From the NCBI GenBank assembly GCA_963693365.1, contig CAVNZM010000011.1:2340989-2404988 (forward strand): 64,000 bases of DNA, given 5' to 3'. Every line of letters starts with the position of its first letter. Within the stretch, counting starts at the first letter, position 1. Positions 49,537 through 64,000 of this stretch are shown one piece after another. Position numbers and translations under genes: made by a program. This DNA is from Amoebidium appalachense. Lineage: Eukaryota > Protista > Ichthyosporea. The notes under the pieces were generated by a model. That model was not told the origin of the DNA and made no database searches. It saw only the letters and a program-made list of their open reading frames with translations.

Positions 49537-52428
49537 ATGTTCGCCCTCGCCCGCACCTCGCAGGTCTTCGCGGCCTCCGCCAGCTTCATGGCTGTGCGTG
49601 GAATGGGTGAGTGGTGCACCACATCTTTCTGATAGTTATTTTCCAGAGTTGTTGAAACTCTGCTCTGCTAGTGCTCATGAGAAGAGTGCTTGCAGTAGAG
49701 AACGCGGGGGCTTTACGGAGGCAAATATACTTCCCGATGTTTGTTCTTGATTTTCATTTTCTTATGACTATGAGTTGTTTATTTTTTATGGCTTGCTGAT
49801 TCGCGAGGCTGCAGTCGGAACGGACACCCCAAAAGTAGCCCTCCTCACCACCTTGGGATGCTATCCCTACTTCTCTCTCTTGTCGCTCCTTGTTAATTTA
49901 GCCTCAATTTTCATGGTTGCGTCTCAACAAGGTTCGGAGGGCATTGAGGTGATAGACTTTCCCTTTTCTGATAGTAGACTTTCCCTTCATTACTTCTATA
50001 AAAAAAAACAAAGAAGGCCAGTCCCTATTACCATTATGGGATGTGGGTTAGTACCCAATCCACTGTGTAACATCATTTGAGCCGTACTGGGCTAACTATC
50101 AGGTCTGCAGCCACACACAACTACCAGATGATCAACATCACAAAGGCAGGCCAGAAGCACGAGGTCGGCCTCATCCATCTCAACCGCCCCAAGGGTGAAT
50201 ACCTCCTCCCCCCCTCCCTGCCTCCCTCTCTCCCCTCCTCCCTCCCTCCTTCTCCCCCCCCCCCTCCCCCTCCCGCCCCGTCCTCGCCCTCAGAGTGTAT
50301 GTCCCTGTGTTCTCGGTTTGAAACCCATTCCCCGTTTCTGACTCCCTTTCCCTTTAAACTCCATGCCCCCTTATCCAAACACATCAACTCCCCCCCCCAC
50401 CTCCCTGGACCCCCCCCCCCCCCCTCTACTCGGGGGACAAATCCATGACTCCGAACCTGCCAACTCCTCCCTCTCCAGGTCTTCTCTTCATTTCACTTTG
50501 CCCCCTCTCTTACCCGCACCTCAACCGTGACCTCCCCCCCCCCACTCCCCCCCCAACACACACACATACACGCACACACACACACTGCCCTCCGTCCCCT
50601 TCCCTCTCTCTCCTGTACTTTCCGCATAACCACAACTTCTGCAGTGTGCTTCTTCTCGTGCATCTCATTTTATTCATTTTGTGCATCCTTGATTTGGCTA
50701 CCATACACTACTTGGGGATCGGGTCCCCCAGGATGTGTGTGTGGTGACGGGAAGGCAGGGCCGGGCGCAGGGGGGAGGGAGGGGGGGGAAGGGGGGGAAC
50801 ACGAACACGTACACGGCATGGTGATTGTCTGGCACCATTGAGAATTTGAAGCCAAATCTGTGGGTTGTTTTGAAAGGTGCCAGTACTGACAGTAGCAGGT
50901 AGTTTGTGGGGTCGTATTTGTGTCTAGAGGGGACATAGTTCATTCCATGTGTGTACAGTTATGCAAGTAACTTTTGACACTTTGCATTGCAAGTGATGGT
51001 GGGGTGGGGGAGGGGGGAGGTTATGAGGTAGATGTCAAGGGGAGTGGTGAAGAGGGAGGCGGGGGGGAGGGGTTGGTCAGGTCGGTAGAAAAGATGGCTA
51101 AACTGTTTCATTGATCATTCCCCTTTGTGTCATGTGTACTGACTTCTTGCATGTGCAGCGCTCAATGCGCTGTGTGACCAGCTGATGCGTGAGGTTGGTG
51201 CGGCCCTGAAGGAGTTCGATGCCGACAAGACCGTCGGTGCCATTGTGCTGACCGGCAGCGAGAAGGCTTTTGCCGGTGGGTGCATGCACTCATAGACACG
51301 CACAGAAAATGTTCATGAACACAGGAAGTTTAATATAAAGACGAGCAGATTACACATACACGCAGAAAGACAGAGGGCTTTTTTTGATTGCCACTTGCTT
51401 CCTCTCCGTGATGCAGCTATTGCTGAATTCTTGTTTGGTCTGTTGAAACTAGGGAACTCCACCTTTCCCTTGGAAATATTTGTGGCTGACATGGTGTGCA
51501 GCTGGTGCCGACATCAAGGAGATGAAGGATCTGGACTTCAAGGATGTCATTGGGTGAGTGCATCGCCACACACACCCCCAGAGCTTTCTTAGCTTGCTTG
51601 GACTCGTACACAGGCACAAACACACACGCGCACACACATGCACACGTATACCTAGCCCATCCCCCCTGTGCTTCGTTCGGGAGCAGCAATGTGATAATTG
51701 CGTGCAGCTTTTCCCAGGCTAAAAAAACTTGCAGAATCGTCGTACTACACTGTACCTTATTTCCCTTTCCTTTTGTTGTTTGCGGTTCATCTCCCCCCCC
51801 CCCCCCCCCCCCCCCCATGTATGTGTGTGTGTGTGTGTATAAGAACTCGAGCTATCTTCCCTTTTATTAAAAGGAATTAAAATCGTTTGGAAAGGGATAT
51901 GTGTGTTCCCCCCCCCCCCCCCCCCCCTCTCAAACACACACACACACCCCTTCTCCCGATTTCATCTTGGGATTCCGATTTGGAAGGAAAGGGGTGAGAG
52001 GTTGGGGGAAGGGGGGGGGGGGGAGGATTTGCAGAGGGCCATAGAGGGATTTGAGTGTGCCAATCTAGGAAGTTGGAGGTAGCTGACTTGTGGCTGTGTG
52101 CAGGTCCAACTTCCTCAGCCACTGGACCACCGTGACTACCATCAGCAAGCCCGTCATTGCCGCTGTCAACGGCTTTGCGGTGGGTTTTTGGTGTTGAAAT
52201 GTGTGGTGTGAAGTATTATATGACGTGTGCAAATTTAGGGAGTAAAACAGGGCGGGCCATCTTCTTTGGTTGTCTGGTGATGTGATCGATTTGCACTGAG
52301 AGTGATTTGAACATTTTTATGTGGAATGACAGTCTGAGCTCACGGTTACTTGTCTATGTGAGGCTTTTTGTGAAACCCGAAGTTTGGGTGCATTGAGATC
52401 TTCGGAAAGACGTGTAGGAAGTGAAGTG

Positions 52429-52462
<34 letters not shown>

Positions 52463-52990
52463 TTCTCCCACATACACACAAACACACACAATCCCTTTGT
52501 GTCCTTTTTTTGCTGTGTATCTTGCAAGTGTCTGACCTGCCTGGGTGTAGCTCGGCGGTGGCTGCGAGCTTGCCATGATGTGTGACATCATCTATGCCGG
52601 TGACAATGCCAAATTCGGCCAGCCCGAGATCAAGCTCGGCACCATTCCGGGTAACCCCCCCCCCCCCCAATTGAAACTATATTTTTGTTGGGTTTTGAAA
52701 TCGAGTTGAATGGCGTGAAACTTGCATGCTGTGAATAACTGGTCCCCCCCACCCCAACCTGCTGGAGAATGGGATCTACTTGAAATAGTTGCACATAGTG
52801 AGCACTTTGCAAAATCCCCATTGTGTTGTAAGTCGTGTGTGTGTACTTTGTTCTCTGTAGCACATTATTACCCCCCCCCCCCCCCCCCCCCCCCCCCCAC
52901 ACACACACACCAAAAAGAAACTACACATACACAAGCGCTTTAGTACTCTGCAATCCTTTTTTCATTCAGTTATGAGCAGCATCAATCCAC

Positions 52991-53059
<69 letters not shown>

Positions 53060-53373
53060 AAAAGAAAAAGAAATGAAAAGAAAAGACACCCGTGTTCCAC
53101 GCAACACACCATGCATGATGTCTTCTGACCCTAACCCGTACCTGCAGGTGCCGGTGGCTCCCAGCGTCTGACCCGTGCCGTGGGCAAGTCTCTGGCCATG
53201 GAGATGTGCCTGACTGGTGACATGATCGATGCCAACACCGCCCTTGCTGCCGGTAAGCTACGGTCTGGTGTTATTGTGCAGAATCTCGGATCCTTGTTGC
53301 ATGATGAAATGCAGTGTTGCTGTTGAATGAGGCTTGGTTAAGCCAATGTTTGAATGAAATTGCTGTTCCATTA

Positions 53374-53428
<55 letters not shown>

Positions 53429-53572
53429 ACACAACCCACCTACCCTAGTCCCTTCCCTTCTTTTCACAGGCTGCATCTTTGCACACTTGGGTGATCGTTG
53501 TTCTTAAGCAGCTTTTTCGTTTAGTTTGTGTTGTGATGCAAGCACGTTTGGATTACCTATCAGTGCTTCTGT

Positions 53573-53613
<41 letters not shown>

Positions 53614-54701
53614 TTCCTCCTCCTCACACACACACACGCACCCGCACCTAACCTCCCATTACAAATTATTTCTTTTCAAGGGAGCAACAAGGCTAATGCA
53701 AGTGGGTGCTCGTTTTGTCTTTCTGGAATGCTTGCACGAAAGTGCCCCATGACAGCATGGCTGGTAGTTGGTTGGAGTGATGGTGGTGGTCTCGGGGCAC
53801 CTTTCTTTTATACGTGTTTAAGACGTGCATGCTGACGGGTGGGTGGGACAGGCCTTGTGTCCAAGGTGTTTCCCAAGGAGAAGACTTTGCATGAGGCCAT
53901 CAAGACTGCTGGTGGGTGGCTGCCTTGGACCGGAAAGGGGGGAGGGGGGAGGGGGGGGGGGGGGAGGGTGTTCATAGGACATGAATTGCCGTGTGTGAGC
54001 AATAGGGGTTTGATCACTGCCGGTAGGGGGGAAGTGATGGGGGGGGGGGGGGCGGGGGGGCTCTATCGGTATGTGGTGTATACAAGTTCGTTGATTGTTG
54101 TGACGGGCTGATGGAATGGTGGTATCCCGAATCCTGTCGGAGCGAGTTTGTTATGGGTGGGAGTGTGTTCCGCTAGGCCGTCAGTAAGTCCAAGGTTTTG
54201 TGGGTTTACACGGGCATGCGAGCTTTTATGTCGAATATGGTATGGCAGTTGAGGCAAACCTATAATCAGTCAGCATAATGGCATTTTGGACTGGCAGAAT
54301 TTGTAGCAAAGTTATCACCCCCAAAAGGCGCTTTTTTGGTCGTAAAAATTATATTTCCTGGGCAAATTTGATTTTTATTATTTTGTTTTGTAGAAATGAT
54401 AGTCCTGCAGGCACCGCTGCAGCCAAAACAATTAGCCAACGAGGTGGCAAGACTAACCTTTTATGGTTAGCCACCTGCCCAAAATGGCGCTTAAATACTT
54501 GGCTAATTTTGATTGGGTAACAACTGCCATTATGCTCAATCAGTCTGACTTGCCTTTCCATTGCAGAGAAAATCGCATCTATGTCTCAGCCCATTACTGC
54601 TCTGTGCAAGGAGGCAGTTAACACCGGTAACATGCCCCCCCCCCCCCCCCCGTTTTCGTTAACGAGGTGAATAGGTAGAAACTCGGGTACTGTGGATGAC
54701 A

Positions 54702-54735
<34 letters not shown>

Positions 54736-55488
54736 TGAGAATGGGCTCTGATTATTATGCATACTATTTATGTATTGTTTGCATTCCGCATCGTGTTATC
54801 CGTTGTTCTTGTGTACTTCGTACTTTATGACGCATTCAAACCCCCCTCCCCCCAGCCCGGCTTGCCTCCCGTGCTTTTTCTGCCTGAGCCTTTGCTCCTT
54901 TCGACGCCCTGGCAGTTCTGTTAGTATTGTGTGCTGGCGCAAATGGCTTTTTCATAAAGCATTGCCGTTTAGATTTTTGTCCACCGCTATTGATACTGCA
55001 CGGCGATCTTCCCTTGTCGAAATCCATACCTAACTCATCCCCCCCCCCCCCCCCCCCCCCCCCCACCCACCCACCCACCCACCCACCCACCCCCATCCAT
55101 CCAATGTCCCCAGCTTACGAGACGACGCTTGCCGAGGGTGTGCACTTCGAGAGGCGCATCTTCCACGCCACCTTTGCTGCTGTAAGTGAAATGCAAAGGA
55201 TTCATGTTGGTGCTGGTGAAACGGGTTGTGTAAAAGGGTTGGTGGAAGGTGAGGTGATGGGGGATGATGCATAAAATGAGATGACTATCTGGATGTATGC
55301 TGTTTTTTTAGCTGTTTGTGCTTTGCATGCACTGTGATACATGATCATGGCATCTAATGAAACGCTCTTTTTTTTTTTTAAGGTTTTATTTACTTACTTG
55401 TTTTTTGTTTTTTTTTGCCCAGGCTGACCGCAAGGAGGGCATGGAGGCATTTGCCGCCAAGCGCGCCCCCCACTTCAAGAACGAGTAG
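49537..55488 (+). CDS. ECHS1: Mitochondrial short-chain enoyl-CoA hydratase (crotonase), 11 exons
   Basis: Exons 49537-49606, 50111-50194, 51159-51275, 51502-51553, 52104-52179, 52551-52650, 53148-53252, 53852-53911, 54567-54626, 55114-55181, 55423-55488, in phase. Presequence [23 protein letters not shown]; motifs [85 protein letters not shown] at ~55733. Confidence 0.97.
54678..54843 (+). repeat. Dispersed intronic repeat, copy C (in ECHS1 intron 9)
   Basis: Shares GAAACTCGGGTACTGTGGATGAC exactly with copy A, then ATGGGCTCTG, TTATGCATACT, GCATCGTGTT and CATTCAAACCCC, with an internal poly-C expansion. Confidence 0.75.
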
Positions 55489-57047
55489 ATACCCCCCTCG
55501 AAGGACCCAACAACAACCGTAAATGGTGCGGCAACACGTAGCCGCTGACAGTGTGCAGGCCGGAAATTGGCCGTGACCACGCTGATTCCTCTTTTCAGTT
55601 CTTCTTTCGATATGAAAGAATGTAGTTATAGTATACTTCTGTGATTCTGCCTAAGGTGCTCGGCTGCCATACGACATGTTTACCAAGTGTGTGCGTATGT
55701 GCGCGCATGTATGTGAAGGATTCCTAAACGTCAATAAAATGTGCAGAACCGCTGTTTAATCAATATGATCATGAGCAAATAGTGTATGTCCTCTTTTTAC
55801 ACGTACCATGGCAACATCCCCCCCCTTCTTCACCTCCCCAAACACGTGCACACCGGGTGTGTGCATGGCGCACGTACCACACACACCACCACCACCAGGA
55901 CCATGACATGCACACACATGCACACCAATACCAGCTACCACCGTACAACTATTGATACTGTGACTATATTCCTCCTAACGGCTCTTTGCTTTTTTGCCCC
56001 GGCCCACCAACGGCATCATATCACAAGTAGGGCTAACGTCTCCGAGGCATTGAACAGGCCGGATGGACTCGGACCGTCATGTCGAAAACAGCTCGGTCGC
56101 GCGCACACACCCGGGCCTACACAAGCACACCCAAACACACGTGCGCGCGCTCGCCTTGCGCATGCCCTCCACCCACGTACATCATACCCGGCCCACGTTA
56201 TCGTCATGACAACTTGGCCCCACCCCTTCTCCCACGTACTGCCGTGGCCACCTTTTTCCGGGGTGGTGTGGGAGGTGCATGTCATGTGTGTGTGTGTGTG
56301 CAGTGTACGTGTGTGTGTGTGTGGAAGGAGGTGCCACGGTGTGTGTGTACTGGGGGGGAGGGGGGGGCCGGAGGGGGGGGGGGGATGGGATCCGGATATA
56401 ATGTGGTATTGCCCTATACCGGTACCATGTTGCTCTGCAATTGCCTACACGTACGGTAGCCTAATTATAAATGCACTGGCGTGTAGCGTGGGCCGGCCAA
56501 TCCGCATGACCATATGCATGTGCGCGCATGCCGCATGATGCGGTATATGGAAGCAAAAAAAATTGCCATGATCATGTGCTGCATCAATATTCAAAGCCGC
56601 ACACAATACGATATGAGTGTACTTAACATCACCATAATCATACCCCGTATACTTAAAAAAAACACACGTCCATAAAGGCTTACCTTGTGTTTTTGAACTT
56701 AACTCGGATATTTCGAAATACTGTCTATGAGCTTGGTTTTTTTTTTTTTTGTACGTCGTCGTCATCGTCGTACGCGTTTCACCGTGTCTTGCTTTGGTTT
56801 TCTGCTCAATACTATAGTATACGGATTGTACATTATCGGTGACTTTTTTCCCTCCTCGGACGACGTGTTGGCTTGGGGTTTTTTTGAAGAGCGAACAAGC
56901 ACGCGCCACAAAAGCACCCACATATGTCCCCGCGCGCACACACACACACACACACACTCACTCACACACCGACCACACACGACACACACACACACACGGT
57001 ATAAAGCATGCACATGCAAGCGCACACGCATGCACACACACAAAAGA

Positions 57048-57094
<47 letters not shown>

Positions 57095-57237
57095 TGTGAC
57101 ACACACACACACACACAATGTGTGACACATGCACACGTGCACAGACGTCATGCATGTTCACAAACACAGCGTGTCACACGCATCATTGTTAACCGTTGGC
57201 AAAGGTACAACACACACATACATGACACATACACACA

Positions 57238-57283
<46 letters not shown>

Positions 57284-57284
57284 T

Positions 57285-57342
<58 letters not shown>

Positions 57343-57364
57343 AAGAGAAGAAAAGAAAACAAAA

Positions 57365-57713
57365 GCCCTACAAGAGCCCAATTACATCGGCAGAGTCAAC
57401 TTGCAAAAAAGCAGAATATTCTGCAACAGCGGAATTATTCTGCAAAAGCGAAATTATTCTGCAAAAAGCAGAATTAATTTCGGCAAAAGCAGAATCACTC
57501 TGCTTTTAGCAGAATTACTATGATTTTAGCAGAATTATTCTGCAAAAAGCAGAATTATTCGACGAAAAACAAAACTGTTCTGCTTTCGACAGCAGAATAA
57601 TTTTGCTTTTGGTAAAGTATTTCTGCTTTTAGCAGATTGATTCTATTTTTGGCAGAATGATTCTTCTTTAAGCAGATAGATTCTGCTGTTTGCAGAATGA
57701 TGCCCGCTAGGGC
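57365..57713. repeat. Array of degenerate ~20-bp palindromic units (GCAGAATTATTCTGC-like) bounded by short inverted ends; foldback/MITE-like
   Basis: About 15 units of AGCAGAAT(T/G)A(T/C)TCTGC separated by A/T runs; ends GCCCTA (57365) and TAGGGC (57708-57713), each flanked by AAAA. Confidence 0.75.
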
Positions 57714-58388
57714 AAAAATCCACGTAGTCTTATTTTCAGCCTACCCCGGAACACGGCCATACATCAGCCTGAAATATCGACAGTAGATTATTATTATTTT
57801 CACTAGTATGATTATTATTAGAAAAGGAAGAAACCTCGAGCTCACTGGTCACTAAGTTGGTGAGCTGGTAGCATTTTGTGTATTTAGGTGCGTGCGCAGG
57901 TATTGGAAATAGAGCTGAGCAGTTAGGTAGTCACCGATGTAAAGAAGACAGTCAATGATGGTGAAGTGTTGTGCAGGGTGACGGGAAGTAGGAAGGCAGA
58001 CGTGCACGTTGGTGAGAACTTTAAGGGCGGTGCGCAGTGGAGTCCAAGTGTACGTATACATGTACGACTATAGCTATGTATCGGAACAAAGGGAACACAA
58101 TACCGCATCAACTACGGCACCCAGGGTGCTACCCGCCAGGGCACTACCGTCTGGGAAAAAAGCTATCTTCTTAGGCTTAAAGAGACCGTGTCACGGATTT
58201 AATATTACGGAGCAAACATCAGCTGGGCGTTACGGAAAAAACCGTTCTTACGAAAGGTAGCCCTACGTGTTCACTTGTAAGCGGGTGCGTGCGTTAATTT
58301 AATCTGGTAGAGATGTGTTTTGTGATGTGCGTGTAAAAAGCGGTCTATACGTGTATGTAGGCTGGGGGAGCGTCATGGGGGTTTCGGT

Positions 58389-58630
58389 GAGGGGGGGGAG
58401 TGTGGTGCATTACCCGAATCAAAAGAGGATCCTTGGGGCAAGGCGGCAAGGCCACCCCTTGCCCTAATAGGGCCCGCCAGCCCGGACGTGCTGCTGGAAC
58501 GCCTTGCACGGTCGCGATTCCTGTTTCATTGGTTCGGAACGCACCGGTCTTTATAAGCTCCAATGTTTCGACTTTCCAATTGGCTATCTCCATCGGCTCA
58601 CTGACTCGGGCCCGCAGACAGGGCCTCACA
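58389..58630 (+). mobile_element. Possible LTR-retrotransposon remnant: polypurine tract plus ~230-bp TG..CA segment
   Basis: GAGGGGGGGGAG directly followed by TGTGGTGC (58401); segment ends GCCTCACA (58630), a 6/8 inverted match; internal TTTATAAG. No second LTR or pol ORF visible. Confidence 0.35.
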
Positions 58631-58967
58631 GAACCATGACCTTCAGTGTAGTAGCAGTAGCACCCGGCAAGGTCTTACTAGCTTACTACTATTACTAAAG
58701 AGTGGTGTTGACCCAACATGAGGATAATAAATAGAAACACAACGCCATAGGTTAGGAGGGCAATATTCTGCAAGCGCGAATGTTAGGAAGGCGATAGTTT
58801 CCACGCAAAATTGCCTGAAAAGCAACAGCGTGCTCAATGGCCACCTAAACCGGCCGTCGGACCCAGACAGTGTGCACAGGTGTTTGGTTTTTGGGTTTGG
58901 GCTATAAGCTCAGAGTAGTTTGCATTTTGGGCCAATAGCCTGCACCCACCTGCCATAGGAAACCACC

Positions 58968-63420
<4,453 letters not shown>

Positions 63421-63425
63421 GTGAT

Positions 63426-63460
<35 letters not shown>

Positions 63461-63830
63461 ATATCCAGCTAGCTGAAACTTGGTCTTGCACACTTGCCTG
63501 AGGTAGGATGGCATTTCTCTAATCACCCTAATCCCTCAACCCTTCGACACATGCGAAGATGAAGATGAACAATCGCGTTGCCTAGGTTATATTTTTATTA
63601 GCATATTTGGTTATGCCGGCCATGAGAACAAAGCACGACACAGCCTTGCCACAGCTCATCTCCAGCTTTAATGTGGGTCCCTGTGCTCACTGACTGGGTG
63701 CAGGTTCAAAGAGTCGGGGCTGAGTAGCGACACATACTTTGCTACCAGCGAGGGAAGACGCTACCTGCACTATGCCGGTATGGATGTGTATATGCACGCA
63801 TGTGTTTGTGTGTATACATGTTCCTGTGCA

Positions 63831-63871
<41 letters not shown>

Positions 63872-64000
63872 ATGTGTATGTGCATGTCTGTGTGATGTCT
63901 GTTTTGCATCTATGTGCAGATGTCTCTGTGCGTGTCTGCGCCCGCATGTGTGTGTGTGTGTGCCCCTGCATTGTTGCAACTAGGCCTTTGTGCATGTGGT

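Overview
Intron-rich eukaryotic DNA with abundant poly-C/poly-G, (CA)n and (CT)n tracts; most ORFs in the supplied track are simple-repeat artefacts. A true tyrosine kinase together with fungal-like CTRAC branch points suggests a unicellular holozoan, possibly an ichthyosporean (inference). Manual splicing with phase checks gives seven loci: (1) first exon of a secreted beta-helix-like protein (-, partial); (2) a complete 9-exon, ~779-aa gene fusing a GPCR-like 7-transmembrane bundle to an HRDLAARN tyrosine kinase with a YxxM-bearing tail (+, 2332-10813), the most unusual element; (3) a 5'-truncated, frameshifted PiT/PHO4 phosphate transporter pseudogene (-); (4) a myosin with class V-like N-terminus and six-IQ neck, class XIX-like motor residues, a Ser/Arg-rich motor insert and a non-DIL tail (-); (5) RPB6/POLR2F (-, not recovered as a recognisable ORF in the track); (6) mitochondrial enoyl-CoA hydratase ECHS1 (+); (7) the 5' part of a TM-PXA sorting nexin (+). 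Non-coding features include a CACGTG minisatellite, a palindromic foldback-like array, a dispersed intronic repeat family, local tandem duplications and an LTR-like remnant. No database searches were run; family calls rest on recognised motifs.
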